From: Flavobacteriales bacterium UBA7468
Lineage (GTDB): Bacteria > Bacteroidota > Bacteroidia > Flavobacteriales_D > Crocinitomicaceae
Length of the DNA: 64,000 nucleotides
NCBI GenBank assembly: GCA_002478565.1
Contig: DLPC01000016.1
Span: 11,700-75,699, forward strand
Direction of reading: 5' to 3'
The position numbers were made by a program, and so were the translations under genes. Under the pieces are notes generated by a model. It worked only from the letters and a program-made list of their open reading frames with translations, did no database searches and had not been told where the DNA came from. Shown piece by piece: positions 20,684-30,131 of the stretch (positions are counted from its first letter, which is position 1; each line of letters begins with the position of its first letter).

Positions 20684-21321
20684 TAGGAGAGATAATCAAT
20701 CAAGACTTACTTAATCTGAATGCTGCTAAGGCTTTGCTGAGCACATTTGAAGTTTTTGATGACCCTCAGAAAATCGTCGTGGCGATTGCAGGTGAATCTG
20801 GAAGTGGTAAAACACATATGGCAACTGCTTTGGCAAAGGAATTATTTGCCAACAAAATTCAAACGCAAATTTTACACATGGATGATTTTTTCAAACTTCC
20901 TCCTGCTAGTAATCATGCGCAAAGGCTCACTGATATTTCTCAAGTTGGGCCACAAGAAGTGAATTTGGAAAGATTAAACGCCTTGATTTCAGCATTCAAG
21001 TCAAATGCTGGTAATTGTAGCATTCCGACTGTTGATTACTATCAAAATAGCATCGCTGAATCGCATTTGGACCTCAGTGAGGTTCAAGTGCTCATTATTG
21101 AAGGCACCTATACCTTTTTTTTGAAAGACACCAATTTTCATTTATTTATGTCTCGAGACTACGAGCAAACCAAAGAATTGCGTTTGGCAAGAAATAGGGG
21201 GAATGAAGCTCAAGATGAATTTATTGAACGTGTGTTGCGCATCGAGCACGAAATCATAGCAGGAAGTGCCACGAAAGCTGATGCTTACATTGATTACGAT
21301 TTTAATTTGCAGATCAAATGA
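20680..21321 (+). CDS. P-loop kinase of the phosphoribulokinase/uridine-kinase family
   Basis: ATG at 20680 overlaps the upstream stop (ATGA). Walker A IAGESGSGKTH, then HMDDFF, VLIIEGTY and RLARNRG follow in the Udk/PRK order. 213 aa. Confidence 0.65.
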   Translation: MIGEIINQDLLNLNAAKALLSTFEVFDDPQKIVVAIAGESGSGKTHMATALAKELFANKIQTQILHMDDFFKLPPASNHAQRLTDISQVGPQEVNLERLNALISAFKSNAGNCSIPTVDYYQNSIAESHLDLSEVQVLIIEGTYTFFLKDTNFHLFMSRDYEQTKELRLARNRGNEAQDEFIERVLRIEHEIIAGSATKADAYIDYDFNLQIK

Positions 21322-22643
21322 AAAAAATCCTACCGCGTTTGAGTTTTTGGCAGCTCTGGAATATGAATTTTGGTTTTCTCGGTATTCAGTATAGTTTCGG
21401 ATTGCAACAAACGGCAATCAATCCAATTTATATGTTACTTGGGGCAAATCCAGACGAATTGCCTCTGTTGAACCTCGCAGGCCCAATGACAGGTCTTTTG
21501 GTTCAGCCGCTAATTGGAGCCCTAAGCGATAAAACATGGCATCCGCGGCTAGGAAGACGCAAACCATACTTTCTCATTGGAGCCATTCTTTGTTCCTTGG
21601 CGTTGTTTGCATTCCCTTACAGCAGTACGATTTGGATGGCAGCGGGTTTACTTTGGATCCTTGATGCCGGAAACAATACAGCTATGGAGCCATATCGGGC
21701 ATTTGTAGCCGATGTTTTACCTGCGCATGAGCAGCGTCGGGGTTTTCTGATCCAGAGTTTTTTTACAGGTTTTGGGATTACGCTAGCTAATCTCTGTCTG
21801 TATCTTTTTCAAAAAAGTGAGTGGCTTGGTCAAAAAAGTGAAAATGGCCTACCATATTGGGTCTATGTAGCATTTTTTGTTGGGGGCATTACCTCGATTA
21901 CAACTATTTTGTGGGCCATGTACAAAACCAAAGAGGTACCGCCTTCGGATGAAGAATTAAAAATATTGAAAGAAACAAAGCGAAATCTGCTAGCGCCAAT
22001 CATTGATATCTTTAGCGCAATAAAAGGGATGCCTTCCGTTTTATGGAAATTGGCGCTTATGTATTTGTTTCAGTGGTATGCTTTGTTTATATATTGGCAG
22101 TTCGCTGCGCTATCTGTGGCACTAACGATTTATAAAATACCGCTCGGTACTAAAATGAATGCTCATCCAGCTTTTGAACAGGCAGTCAGTTTTACTGGTT
22201 TACTCAATGCTGGATATAACATTGTTACTTTTATTGTTGCGCTTTTATTGATGCGCATCTTGTCTAAATTCTCCGCACATAAGGTGCACGCTGTATCTTT
22301 ACTTTTTGCGGCATTTGGTCTTTTGAATTTCTCGGTAACGCAAGAACAAACCACCCAAATTATCAATATAGTTGGTCTTGGTATCGCATGGGCAAGTATT
22401 ATGGGCGTTCCTTTCTTAATGGTCGTGCCTGAGTTACCCAAAGAAAAATATGGTGTTTATATGGGGATCATCAATATGATGATTGTCATTCCGATGATCA
22501 TTCAAACCCTGACTTTCGGGTGGTTGTATCAAAATATATTGCAAAACAACCCGTCCTATGCCATTTGTTTTGCAGCTTGTTTATTCTTTATAGCTGCAAC
22601 TTTGAGTTTCTTTTTATTTAATAAAAGAGCTACTCAGCACTAA
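21318..22643 (+). CDS. MFS transporter, SLC45/GPH sucrose-symporter-like
   Basis: 441-aa ORF whose ATG overlaps the upstream stop (ATGA). It has 12-TM-like hydrophobicity and the signature LSDKTWHPRLGRRKPYF, which matches the sucrose/H+ symporter loop motif. Confidence 0.8.
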   Translation: MKKILPRLSFWQLWNMNFGFLGIQYSFGLQQTAINPIYMLLGANPDELPLLNLAGPMTGLLVQPLIGALSDKTWHPRLGRRKPYFLIGAILCSLALFAFPYSSTIWMAAGLLWILDAGNNTAMEPYRAFVADVLPAHEQRRGFLIQSFFTGFGITLANLCLYLFQKSEWLGQKSENGLPYWVYVAFFVGGITSITTILWAMYKTKEVPPSDEELKILKETKRNLLAPIIDIFSAIKGMPSVLWKLALMYLFQWYALFIYWQFAALSVALTIYKIPLGTKMNAHPAFEQAVSFTGLLNAGYNIVTFIVALLLMRILSKFSAHKVHAVSLLFAAFGLLNFSVTQEQTTQIINIVGLGIAWASIMGVPFLMVVPELPKEKYGVYMGIINMMIVIPMIIQTLTFGWLYQNILQNNPSYAICFAACLFFIAATLSFFLFNKRATQH

Positions 22644-23454
22644 AATAACCACGGTCAGTTGGTTGGATCCAATAAAACCAGTCGTAATAGGCCAAGTGAT
22701 GGCTCTTGATGAAGCCAAGTTTGCGTTTAGGATAGTCCTTAGGGATGTAAAGGCGACCACCTTTTGTTGGCTCTTGCAAATTTTCTATTCCTGGAACCGC
22801 TTGTTGTGGGGCTATTCCATCTTGTAAACAGATAGCATTTGCAGCCGAAACATCGGCATTGGCGCCATATTGCCAGACTTCATCAAATAAAGACCAATCT
22901 CGGGAGCCCGAATTGGCAGCTTCAGGGGATAAAATGAGTGCCTTGCCAAATTGATAATGAGGCGAGAGGATATCAATGATTCCTAAGAAATAAGCGTAGC
23001 CCATACTGTGACATACAACATGGATTTTTTTAGGAGGATGCTCCATAAAGTATTTTTCTAGCAATACACCTGCTTTTCTACCGTTTTCAATACGAATTTC
23101 AAAGCCATTTGGATTAGGGGTTGTATTTAAGACCCACGAGCTTTTGCGTTTGATCCAGCAAAATCTAGAAAATACATAGGACCTAACAGCCTTTCCCATG
23201 TTTAAATGAGTAGAGGTGCTGATTGGATGATGTGCATCGAGGTAAAGTGCTTTGGCTTCTGGAAATCTTTTTTTAATGGAGTCGTCAAGGGCATACCAAT
23301 AGCCAGTTGGATCTTTTTGATGAATTTGATTGGTGGTAATTTCGGCGTCGTGTTTTGGGCCTCTATAGCCATTTATGAATAAAATGTAATCTTGGGCAAA
23401 CATGGCAGTTGGCAATAATAAAATGAAGAGTTGGATGAATTGTTTATTTCCCAT
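22630..23454 (-). CDS. secreted alpha/beta-hydrolase-like protein (lipase/esterase elbow)
   Basis: Start at 23454 gives MGNKQFIQLFILLLPTAMFAQ, a signal peptide. VVCHSMGYAY resembles a nucleophile elbow. Function unknown. Confidence 0.45.
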   Translation of the reverse strand: MGNKQFIQLFILLLPTAMFAQDYILFINGYRGPKHDAEITTNQIHQKDPTGYWYALDDSIKKRFPEAKALYLDAHHPISTSTHLNMGKAVRSYVFSRFCWIKRKSSWVLNTTPNPNGFEIRIENGRKAGVLLEKYFMEHPPKKIHVVCHSMGYAYFLGIIDILSPHYQFGKALILSPEAANSGSRDWSLFDEVWQYGANADVSAANAICLQDGIAPQQAVPGIENLQEPTKGGRLYIPKDYPKRKLGFIKSHHLAYYDWFYWIQPTDRGYFSAE

Positions 23455-24187
23455 ATTGATAAAATATTCCACCTGCAAAAGCAGTCCAATAACAGGCCTT
23501 TTGCTCACATGCTTTTAATCCGTTGTTGACCCAAGTATTGCACGTAGAAAACAAGGAGTAACGCCCATATGCGGCATAATAAGCATCGTTACCAGTGACA
23601 ACCCCAGGTTTAGTTGCTTTGATGTAAATAGTTTTCCATCCCGGCTTAGAATGAACCAACGTGTTTTCGATGTAGCGCACTAATTTTTTGTATTGTTGGG
23701 ATGTAAGCCGCAATTTGATGATCGGTCGGTCATTGAGCAATTGTTGGTAGTAGGTTGCATGGATTGCGGACGGCCCGATGCCAAACGGAACACTGATGGC
23801 AGTTTTAAAGGTGAGATCAGACCACTCTGGTGTATTCATGTAAAAGTATTGATCTCCCCAACCAATAGACACTAAGGTGCTCAGGCTATCTTTAAAGGCG
23901 GTGTTTGCTAATGGAAATTCTGTATGCCAATCTTTAATTTGATTCTTAACAGGAACTACGAAGTCTGTGTGGACGCCTGATTTCATTAAGTAAACTTCAA
24001 TGCTTGAATTTTTGTTCGGATTACCTTTGATACTGATTCGAGAAAGTAAAAATGCACAGACCACGTAAAGTAAAATAGCGGATCCAACGGCAGTTAGGGA
24101 ATAGCCCATCCATTTCAGAACGCGCTTAGTGGCTCTTCTGACACGCCGAGTTTGATACCAATGAAGTTTGCGTCTTTTTTGCTGCAT
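23444..24187 (-). CDS. TIGR02117/DUF2459-like membrane-anchored protein
   Basis: 247-aa ORF with an N-terminal basic stretch plus a TM helix, then SGVHTDFVVP and later CNTWVN blocks that I associate with this uncharacterized family. Confidence 0.45.
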   Translation of the reverse strand: MQQKRRKLHWYQTRRVRRATKRVLKWMGYSLTAVGSAILLYVVCAFLLSRISIKGNPNKNSSIEVYLMKSGVHTDFVVPVKNQIKDWHTEFPLANTAFKDSLSTLVSIGWGDQYFYMNTPEWSDLTFKTAISVPFGIGPSAIHATYYQQLLNDRPIIKLRLTSQQYKKLVRYIENTLVHSKPGWKTIYIKATKPGVVTGNDAYYAAYGRYSLFSTCNTWVNNGLKACEQKACYWTAFAGGIFYQYGK

Positions 24188-24263
24188 ATGTTCAAAACAA
24201 AGTTAAACTTATTAGCTAATTTGAAGGGTAGTTGCTTATTTTTGTGTTCAGTAAATCTACGCC

Positions 24264-25850
24264 ATGCGCCAAATCTTTTTCTCAATTTTTACATTGTTGA
24301 GTTTCCTTACTTTCGGACAACAAAATAACAATGCCCTCAAGGCCTCGCAAAAACTCACAGAAGTTCTATTAAATGTAGAGCGATTTTATGTGGATGCACC
24401 AGATATTCCAAAAATGACCGAGTCTGCAATTGTCTCGTTGCTTGAAGAACTCGACCCGCATTCTACTTATATTCCCAAAGAAGAGCTTGACGATGCTCAA
24501 ATGACCATCAACGGTAGTTTTGTCGGTATTGGCGTTCGCTTTCAACTGATGAAAGATACCATAAGTGTTGTTGCTACAATCCCCGGCGGCCCCTCAGAAA
24601 AATTAGGGATTTTACCAGGTGATCAAATCGTACAAGTGGATGGTGCAAATGTGGCGGGTATCGGTATCAAAAACGATCAAGTCAGACAAAAATTAATGGG
24701 TGACCTCGGTACAAAGGTGAAGGTAACAGTTAACCGCAAAGGCAAACTCCTAGATTTCAATATTACGCGAGATAAGATTCCTGTATTCTCTGTCGATGCT
24801 GCTTATATGATCGATAAAGAGATAGGCTACATCAAACTCAATAGTTTTTCTAAAACTACCGTTCAAGAAGTTCAATCGGCACTACAAAGCTTAAAAAGTC
24901 AAGGAATGAAAAGCCTCATTTTTGACTTGCAAAGCAATGGCGGTGGTCTTTTAGATGCCGCACACAAATTGGCCGACGAATTTTTGTCCGGAGAAAAACT
25001 GATCGTTTATTCAGAGGGGAGGGCTCAGCCACGCTATGACTTGAAGGCTGGTAAAAAAGGCCTTTTTGAAGAGGGGCAGTTGATCATCCTTACCGATGAA
25101 TACTCGGCAAGTGCCAGCGAGATTTTATCCGGTGCTATCCAAGACTGGGACCGCGGTCTGATTGTAGGTAGAAGATCTTACGGAAAAGGCTTGGTACAAA
25201 GACCAATGGCCCTTAGTGATGGTTCTGAAATGCGCCTTACAATTGCTCGTTATTACACGCCAACGGGTCGACACATTCAAAAGCCTTACCAAGACACAGA
25301 GACTTACCGCAAAGATCTCAATCAGCGCTATTTAAATGGTGAGTTTTTCCTTAAAGATTCGATCAAATTACCCGATTCGCTCATGTACAAAACGCTCAAA
25401 ACAAAAAGAACCGTATACGGCGGTGGCGGCATTATGCCTGATGTTTTTGTTGCCTTGGATACCACCGAGAGTTCGACCTATTTTGCAGAACTCATTCAAG
25501 GAGGACACGTCAATAGTTTTATCTTCAAATATGTCAATGCCAACCGCAAAGAGTTGCTGCAAAAATACCCGACTATCAAAGAGTTTAAGTCAGGTTTCAC
25601 TTGTGATGAAGCATTTATGAAAGCGTTTTTTGATTTTGTAGCCCAAGAAGACAGCACGCTTATCTTCAATGCAGCAGACTACAAGCGCAGTGAACGTTTA
25701 TTGAAACTCAGACTCAAGTCTGTATTGGCCCAAGACCTCTGGGGAGCAAACGAAATGTTCCAAGTGTATAACGATACCAACGAAATCTTACAAGAGGCAA
25801 TTAAAGTATTACAAAACAAGTCTTATCAAAATTTTGAGCTCGAAAAATAG
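24264..25850 (+). CDS. S41-family C-terminal processing peptidase
   Basis: 528-aa ORF with a signal peptide, a PDZ segment (GILPGDQIVQVDG), DLQSNGGG and a catalytic-Ser block YSASASEIL. Confidence 0.9.
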   Translation: MRQIFFSIFTLLSFLTFGQQNNNALKASQKLTEVLLNVERFYVDAPDIPKMTESAIVSLLEELDPHSTYIPKEELDDAQMTINGSFVGIGVRFQLMKDTISVVATIPGGPSEKLGILPGDQIVQVDGANVAGIGIKNDQVRQKLMGDLGTKVKVTVNRKGKLLDFNITRDKIPVFSVDAAYMIDKEIGYIKLNSFSKTTVQEVQSALQSLKSQGMKSLIFDLQSNGGGLLDAAHKLADEFLSGEKLIVYSEGRAQPRYDLKAGKKGLFEEGQLIILTDEYSASASEILSGAIQDWDRGLIVGRRSYGKGLVQRPMALSDGSEMRLTIARYYTPTGRHIQKPYQDTETYRKDLNQRYLNGEFFLKDSIKLPDSLMYKTLKTKRTVYGGGGIMPDVFVALDTTESSTYFAELIQGGHVNSFIFKYVNANRKELLQKYPTIKEFKSGFTCDEAFMKAFFDFVAQEDSTLIFNAADYKRSERLLKLRLKSVLAQDLWGANEMFQVYNDTNEILQEAIKVLQNKSYQNFELEK

Positions 25851-25855
25851 CATAT

Positions 25856-27538
25856 ATGTCAGACGATAAAAAAATCATTTTCTCCATGGTGGGTGTGTCA
25901 AAGGTGACACCTCAAGGAAAACAAATCATTAAAAATATTTACCTGTCGTTCTTTTATGGTGCCAAAATTGGCATCATAGGTCTGAATGGCTCTGGTAAAT
26001 CTACGGTCATGAAAATCATAGCAGGCCTCGATAAATCTTTTCAAGGTGAGGTTGTGTTTTCACAGGGTTATTCCGTTGGCTACCTACCGCAAGAGCCAGA
26101 ACTTGATCCGAATAAAACGGTTAAAGAAATCGTCATGGAGGGTGCGCAAGAAATTGTCGATGTTCTTGCAGAATACGAAGAAATCAACAATGCCTTCATG
26201 GACGAAGAAATCATGGCAGATCCAGATAAAATGGACAAACTGATTGCACGTCAAGGAGAAGTTCAAGATAAAATTGATGCCCTTGACGCCTGGGAGCTCG
26301 ATACCAAGCTGGAGCGAGCCATGGATGCCTTGCGTTGTCCGCCAGACGACCAACTCATTGGAACACTTTCCGGAGGTGAGCGTCGCCGTGTGGCTTTGTG
26401 TCGTTTACTTTTGCAAAACCCAGATGTACTACTCCTCGATGAGCCGACCAACCACCTAGATGCCGAATCTATTGATTGGCTAGAACAACACCTGCAACAG
26501 TACAAGGGAACCGTTATTGCTGTCACCCACGACCGCTATTTCTTAGACAATGTAGCGGGTTGGATTCTCGAACTCGATAGAGGAGAGGGCATTCCGTGGA
26601 AAGGCAACTACACGTCATGGCTAGAACAAAAAGGAAAGCGTTTGCAAGAAGAGGAAAAAATGGAGTCCAAACGCCAAAAGATGTTGGCCCGAGAGTTAGA
26701 GTGGGTGCGTATGAACCCAAAGGCAAGACAAGCCAAAAGTAAAGCGCGTCTTCAAAACTACGACAAAATGTTATCCGAAGACAGCCGCGAAAAAGAAGCA
26801 CGACTTGAAATTCCGATTCCAAATGGTCCGCGCTTAGGAAACAACGTCATTGATGCTGTGCATGTAGCCAAAGCTTTTGGAGACAAACTACTCTACGACG
26901 ACCTCAATTTCAAATTGCCGCCAGCCGGTATCGTCGGTGTAATTGGGCCTAACGGAGCCGGCAAAACCACGATCTTTAAAATGATCATGAACGAATTGGC
27001 CCCGGATAAAGGCGAGTTCACTGTCGGTGAGACCGTTCAAATTGGCTATGTAGACCAATCTCATAAAGACATTCACCCTGACAAAACAGTTTTTGAAGTG
27101 GTTTCAAACGGCTTGGAGTATGTAGAGGTGGGTAACCAAAAAATCAATTCAAGAGCCTATTTATCAAAGTTTAACTTTAATGGTTCGGATCAAAATAAAA
27201 AAGTTGGTGTGCTATCAGGTGGAGAAAGAAACCGCCTGCATTTAGCCATGACACTCAAAACAGAAGCCAATGTCTTGTTGCTAGATGAGCCAACCAACGA
27301 CATTGACGTCAATACTTTACGTGCTTTAGAAGAAGGTATTGAGAATTTTGCGGGTTGTGCTGTGGTTATTTCCCATGACCGCTGGTTCCTAGACAGAATT
27401 TGCACCCATATTTTAGCTTTTGAAGGCGATTCTCAAGTCTATTGGTTTGAAGGGTCTTATTCTGAATACGAAGAAAATCGCAAGAAACGCGTTGGCGATG
27501 CTGGCCCTAAACGCATCCGATACAGAAGTTTGAGTTAG
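25856..27538 (+). CDS. ettA: energy-dependent translational throttle protein EttA (ABC-F)
   Basis: 560-aa ORF with two ABC cassettes (GLNGSGKST / GPNGAGKTT, two LSGGE signatures) and the EttA-type linker. Confidence 0.95.
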   Translation: MSDDKKIIFSMVGVSKVTPQGKQIIKNIYLSFFYGAKIGIIGLNGSGKSTVMKIIAGLDKSFQGEVVFSQGYSVGYLPQEPELDPNKTVKEIVMEGAQEIVDVLAEYEEINNAFMDEEIMADPDKMDKLIARQGEVQDKIDALDAWELDTKLERAMDALRCPPDDQLIGTLSGGERRRVALCRLLLQNPDVLLLDEPTNHLDAESIDWLEQHLQQYKGTVIAVTHDRYFLDNVAGWILELDRGEGIPWKGNYTSWLEQKGKRLQEEEKMESKRQKMLARELEWVRMNPKARQAKSKARLQNYDKMLSEDSREKEARLEIPIPNGPRLGNNVIDAVHVAKAFGDKLLYDDLNFKLPPAGIVGVIGPNGAGKTTIFKMIMNELAPDKGEFTVGETVQIGYVDQSHKDIHPDKTVFEVVSNGLEYVEVGNQKINSRAYLSKFNFNGSDQNKKVGVLSGGERNRLHLAMTLKTEANVLLLDEPTNDIDVNTLRALEEGIENFAGCAVVISHDRWFLDRICTHILAFEGDSQVYWFEGSYSEYEENRKKRVGDAGPKRIRYRSLS

Positions 27539-27579
27539 TATTTTTTTAATACTTGATTTTTACGGGTGCTCTTAGTTTG

Positions 27580-28590
27580 TCAATGACAACTCCGTTGTTT
27601 CCAACGATTCAGCATTACGGGAAGGGAGTCTTTTTCTTGTGCTTCAATTTTTAACGGATCATTTTCATTGAACTGTCTCATATCTGGTTGCCCAGCATCT
27701 ACCCATGCTGTGTACCAAACGCTACTTACCATTAATATAGCTGCGCGCATGCGCCTTTCAACCATGCCATTAAGTTTGGAGTGGTATGCCTGGCAGAATT
27801 TTTGAGAATAAACTTTAGTCATAACGCTGCCACGCTGTTCAAAGCTGTATTTTTCAGCTTCTTTTATTTGAGCGCTGCACAATTTTTCAAACAGAAACAC
27901 GCTGTCCAAGGCGGCATGTGAGGCAGCAACGGCCTGCCAAATTGTTTGTTGAACAGATTTCAAATAAGTAGCCTTTCCAATCCAATAGTTGTAATTGTTT
28001 GCTTCAAGCTCGACCAAACGGCTTTCCCAAAGTCCATGAATCCCATACTGATTGGTCAATTGACCATTATAATTTTGAGTTGTGTGTAAGGGAACATGTG
28101 CATCTGCGATATAATGCCCAATTTCTGCGGCATTTTTCAAGATGAGCGCCAAATTTTTTTGTTCAAAAGCTTTTTGCAGTCGGTATTTCATATTGACGAC
28201 ATGCCATGGAACAATTCCATGAGCCAATAGTGTGTCCTCGGCGTGGCAATCTTTGGCGGCTTGCCAATTTTGTGGGAGGTTCCAAAAAGGATTTTCTCCG
28301 CGCTTGTAATAGAAATCAAGATCGATGTAATGTCTGCAGGCTTCTGCTTCTTGGATATAACGACGTTGATCAGGAGCCACGGCTTGTGCAATGAGCTCGT
28401 GTTGATGTGTAATAAAGAAATGCTGCAATTCGAGGGGCAACAGGTACACCGCGAATTCATTGATGCGCTGATGTCCGGCAAAACCCCATTGTGCGCTTTG
28501 TTGTTGCTGGGCCCCTGAAAACAAAAAAATCAAGCCTATGAATAGTGGCTTATAGCAGTGTTTAAGCGTTGTGTTTAATAAGTTTGCCAT
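27580..28590 (-). CDS. zinc-dependent phospholipase C / S1-P1 nuclease superfamily protein
   Basis: 336-aa ORF. After the signal peptide the mature N-terminus is WGFAGHQRIN, the Trp/His zinc-ligand start of this superfamily. Further His/Asp blocks are present (HYIADAHVPLH). Confidence 0.5.
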   Translation of the reverse strand: MANLLNTTLKHCYKPLFIGLIFLFSGAQQQQSAQWGFAGHQRINEFAVYLLPLELQHFFITHQHELIAQAVAPDQRRYIQEAEACRHYIDLDFYYKRGENPFWNLPQNWQAAKDCHAEDTLLAHGIVPWHVVNMKYRLQKAFEQKNLALILKNAAEIGHYIADAHVPLHTTQNYNGQLTNQYGIHGLWESRLVELEANNYNYWIGKATYLKSVQQTIWQAVAASHAALDSVFLFEKLCSAQIKEAEKYSFEQRGSVMTKVYSQKFCQAYHSKLNGMVERRMRAAILMVSSVWYTAWVDAGQPDMRQFNENDPLKIEAQEKDSLPVMLNRWKQRSCH

Positions 28591-29287
28591 CTTTAAGTAT
28601 TGGAATGACCTCCGTTTGATTTGGAGTCAGACAATACTTGATGTCTTCGTTGAGATTGAGGTTTTTGAGGCGTCTGCGATGCGAACTCGACTTCAAGTAG
28701 CCAAAGTAATTGTCTTTGGCCGAAAGGTATAAATACTTGGCAGCAATAGAAGAGTCTTCATCAGAAATGTAGTTACCCGTTCCGATTAAATACTGACAAA
28801 TTGCTCCTGCACAGATCGTGTCTTCAAGGTTGAACTTGTCTTGCCAACCTGAACACAAGCAAAGTACATTTTTATCTTGGGTAGCGAGCCATTTGCAAAG
28901 TGCATCTAGATTTAAGAAAGAACCAACAACTACAATTTCAGCATCTTTGGCAACATCCAAAGACTTCGTGCCATTGGTCGTGGTTAAAACAACGTCTTGT
29001 CCCTTGAAATCTTCACGCATGTAGGAGAAAGGAGAATTTCCGAAGTCAAAACCATCTACAATTTGACCTTTGCGTTCTGCACCCGCTAAAAATCCTTTTT
29101 GTTTGTATTCCCAAGCTTCTTCAACAGTAGGGACAGGAATGATTGAATTGATGCCGTTGTCAAAAGCAGCACAAATTGCTGAAGTAGCACGTAATACGTC
29201 GATTACAACGACAATTTCAAATTCATCTTTGTAATAGGGGTATTCTCCGGGCGTGAAGCAGACCTCCACATGTTTTCTTAAATCCAT
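28562..29287 (-). CDS. 2-phosphosulfolactate phosphatase family protein (ComB-like)
   Basis: 241-aa ORF. The VVVIDVLRATS block and overall length fit the ComB family. Confidence 0.8.
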   Translation of the reverse strand: MDLRKHVEVCFTPGEYPYYKDEFEIVVVIDVLRATSAICAAFDNGINSIIPVPTVEEAWEYKQKGFLAGAERKGQIVDGFDFGNSPFSYMREDFKGQDVVLTTTNGTKSLDVAKDAEIVVVGSFLNLDALCKWLATQDKNVLCLCSGWQDKFNLEDTICAGAICQYLIGTGNYISDEDSSIAAKYLYLSAKDNYFGYLKSSSHRRRLKNLNLNEDIKYCLTPNQTEVIPILKDGKLIKHNA

Positions 29288-29311
29288 GATACAAAGTTAA
29301 AAATAAAGCAA

Positions 29312-29340
29312 TAAAAAAGGGGAGCCGAAGCTCCCCTTTG
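29312..29340 (-). terminator. rho-independent terminator of the barrel-protein gene
   Basis: AAGGGGAGC (29318-29326) pairs with GCTCCCCTT (29331-29339) around a 4-nt loop. An A-run on the plus strand (a T-run on the minus strand) follows the hairpin in the direction of transcription. Confidence 0.7.
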
Positions 29341-29360
29341 CATTTTAAGGTGTTGATTGC

Positions 29361-30101
29361 TTAGAATCTCCAACCAATGCGTACAGATCCGTGAGCAGCA
29401 CCAATGTTGGTGTAAGTCATGGTGTTTCCAAGCGTAGTATACGTAGTTGGAGTTGCAGATGCTGGCGTAGTTACGTTTTTAACTACGTCATCGTTGGTCA
29501 CTGCAGTACTTGTTAAGTTTAATTCAAGACCTAAATAAAGGTTATCAGCTACATAGTAATCAAAACCAGCGCCTAGGCCCCAACTGAATGTACTGTAGCC
29601 ACCCGCAGCGGTAACAGAAAAACCATTTGCGTAAGTGAGGTCTGAAGTAGGGTCAAGTGGATTGGAGTAGAATACATTTGTCCAAGTTTGTTCTTCAGAT
29701 CCACTACCAAACCCGATGTTTGCTGTGAAATAAGGCGACATTTTGTCTGTTCCTGCGAGGTGGTATTCTGCGCCCAATTTCAAATCCCATGCGCTACGTG
29801 CGATGTCGACTGTTCCGCTTTCACCACCTGCAGTAGGGTTGACGTAATAATGCGTCTCCTTACTTGGTGTGCTTACTACAGCAGATCCATCACCACCAAA
29901 GCCAAACTGCACACGAGCTGCAATATTGTCTGTGGCAAAATAGCGCAAGCGTAAAGAAGGCGCTGTAAAGCTCATACCATTGCTGGTATTAAGGTTAGCT
30001 AATCCTTCCAATGAATAACGTGCGTCATCACTAGCAGGCTTTTGAGCAAACAAAGACCCAGTCAATGTTAAAGCTCCTACAAAAATCATTAGTTTTTTCA
30101 T
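29361..30101 (-). CDS. small outer-membrane beta-barrel protein
   Basis: ATG at 30101 gives MKKLMIFVGALTLTGSLFAQ. The sequence is Gly/Thr/Tyr-rich with alternating strands and ends RIGWRF, a C-terminal aromatic residue. Confidence 0.7.
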   Translation of the reverse strand: MKKLMIFVGALTLTGSLFAQKPASDDARYSLEGLANLNTSNGMSFTAPSLRLRYFATDNIAARVQFGFGGDGSAVVSTPSKETHYYVNPTAGGESGTVDIARSAWDLKLGAEYHLAGTDKMSPYFTANIGFGSGSEEQTWTNVFYSNPLDPTSDLTYANGFSVTAAGGYSTFSWGLGAGFDYYVADNLYLGLELNLTSTAVTNDDVVKNVTTPASATPTTYTTLGNTMTYTNIGAAHGSVRIGWRF

Positions 30102-30131
30102 AGTTGTTTGTTTTATGGTTTGGTCGAATGT

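Noticed and set aside
26263-26822. Long minus-strand ORFs inside ettA. Similar ones lie inside the RND pump at 41030-42330, inside ychF at 60807-61241 and inside relA/spoT at 63405-63752.
   Set aside because: They are antisense shadow ORFs within well-supported, family-recognisable genes. Their products are low-complexity with no motifs.
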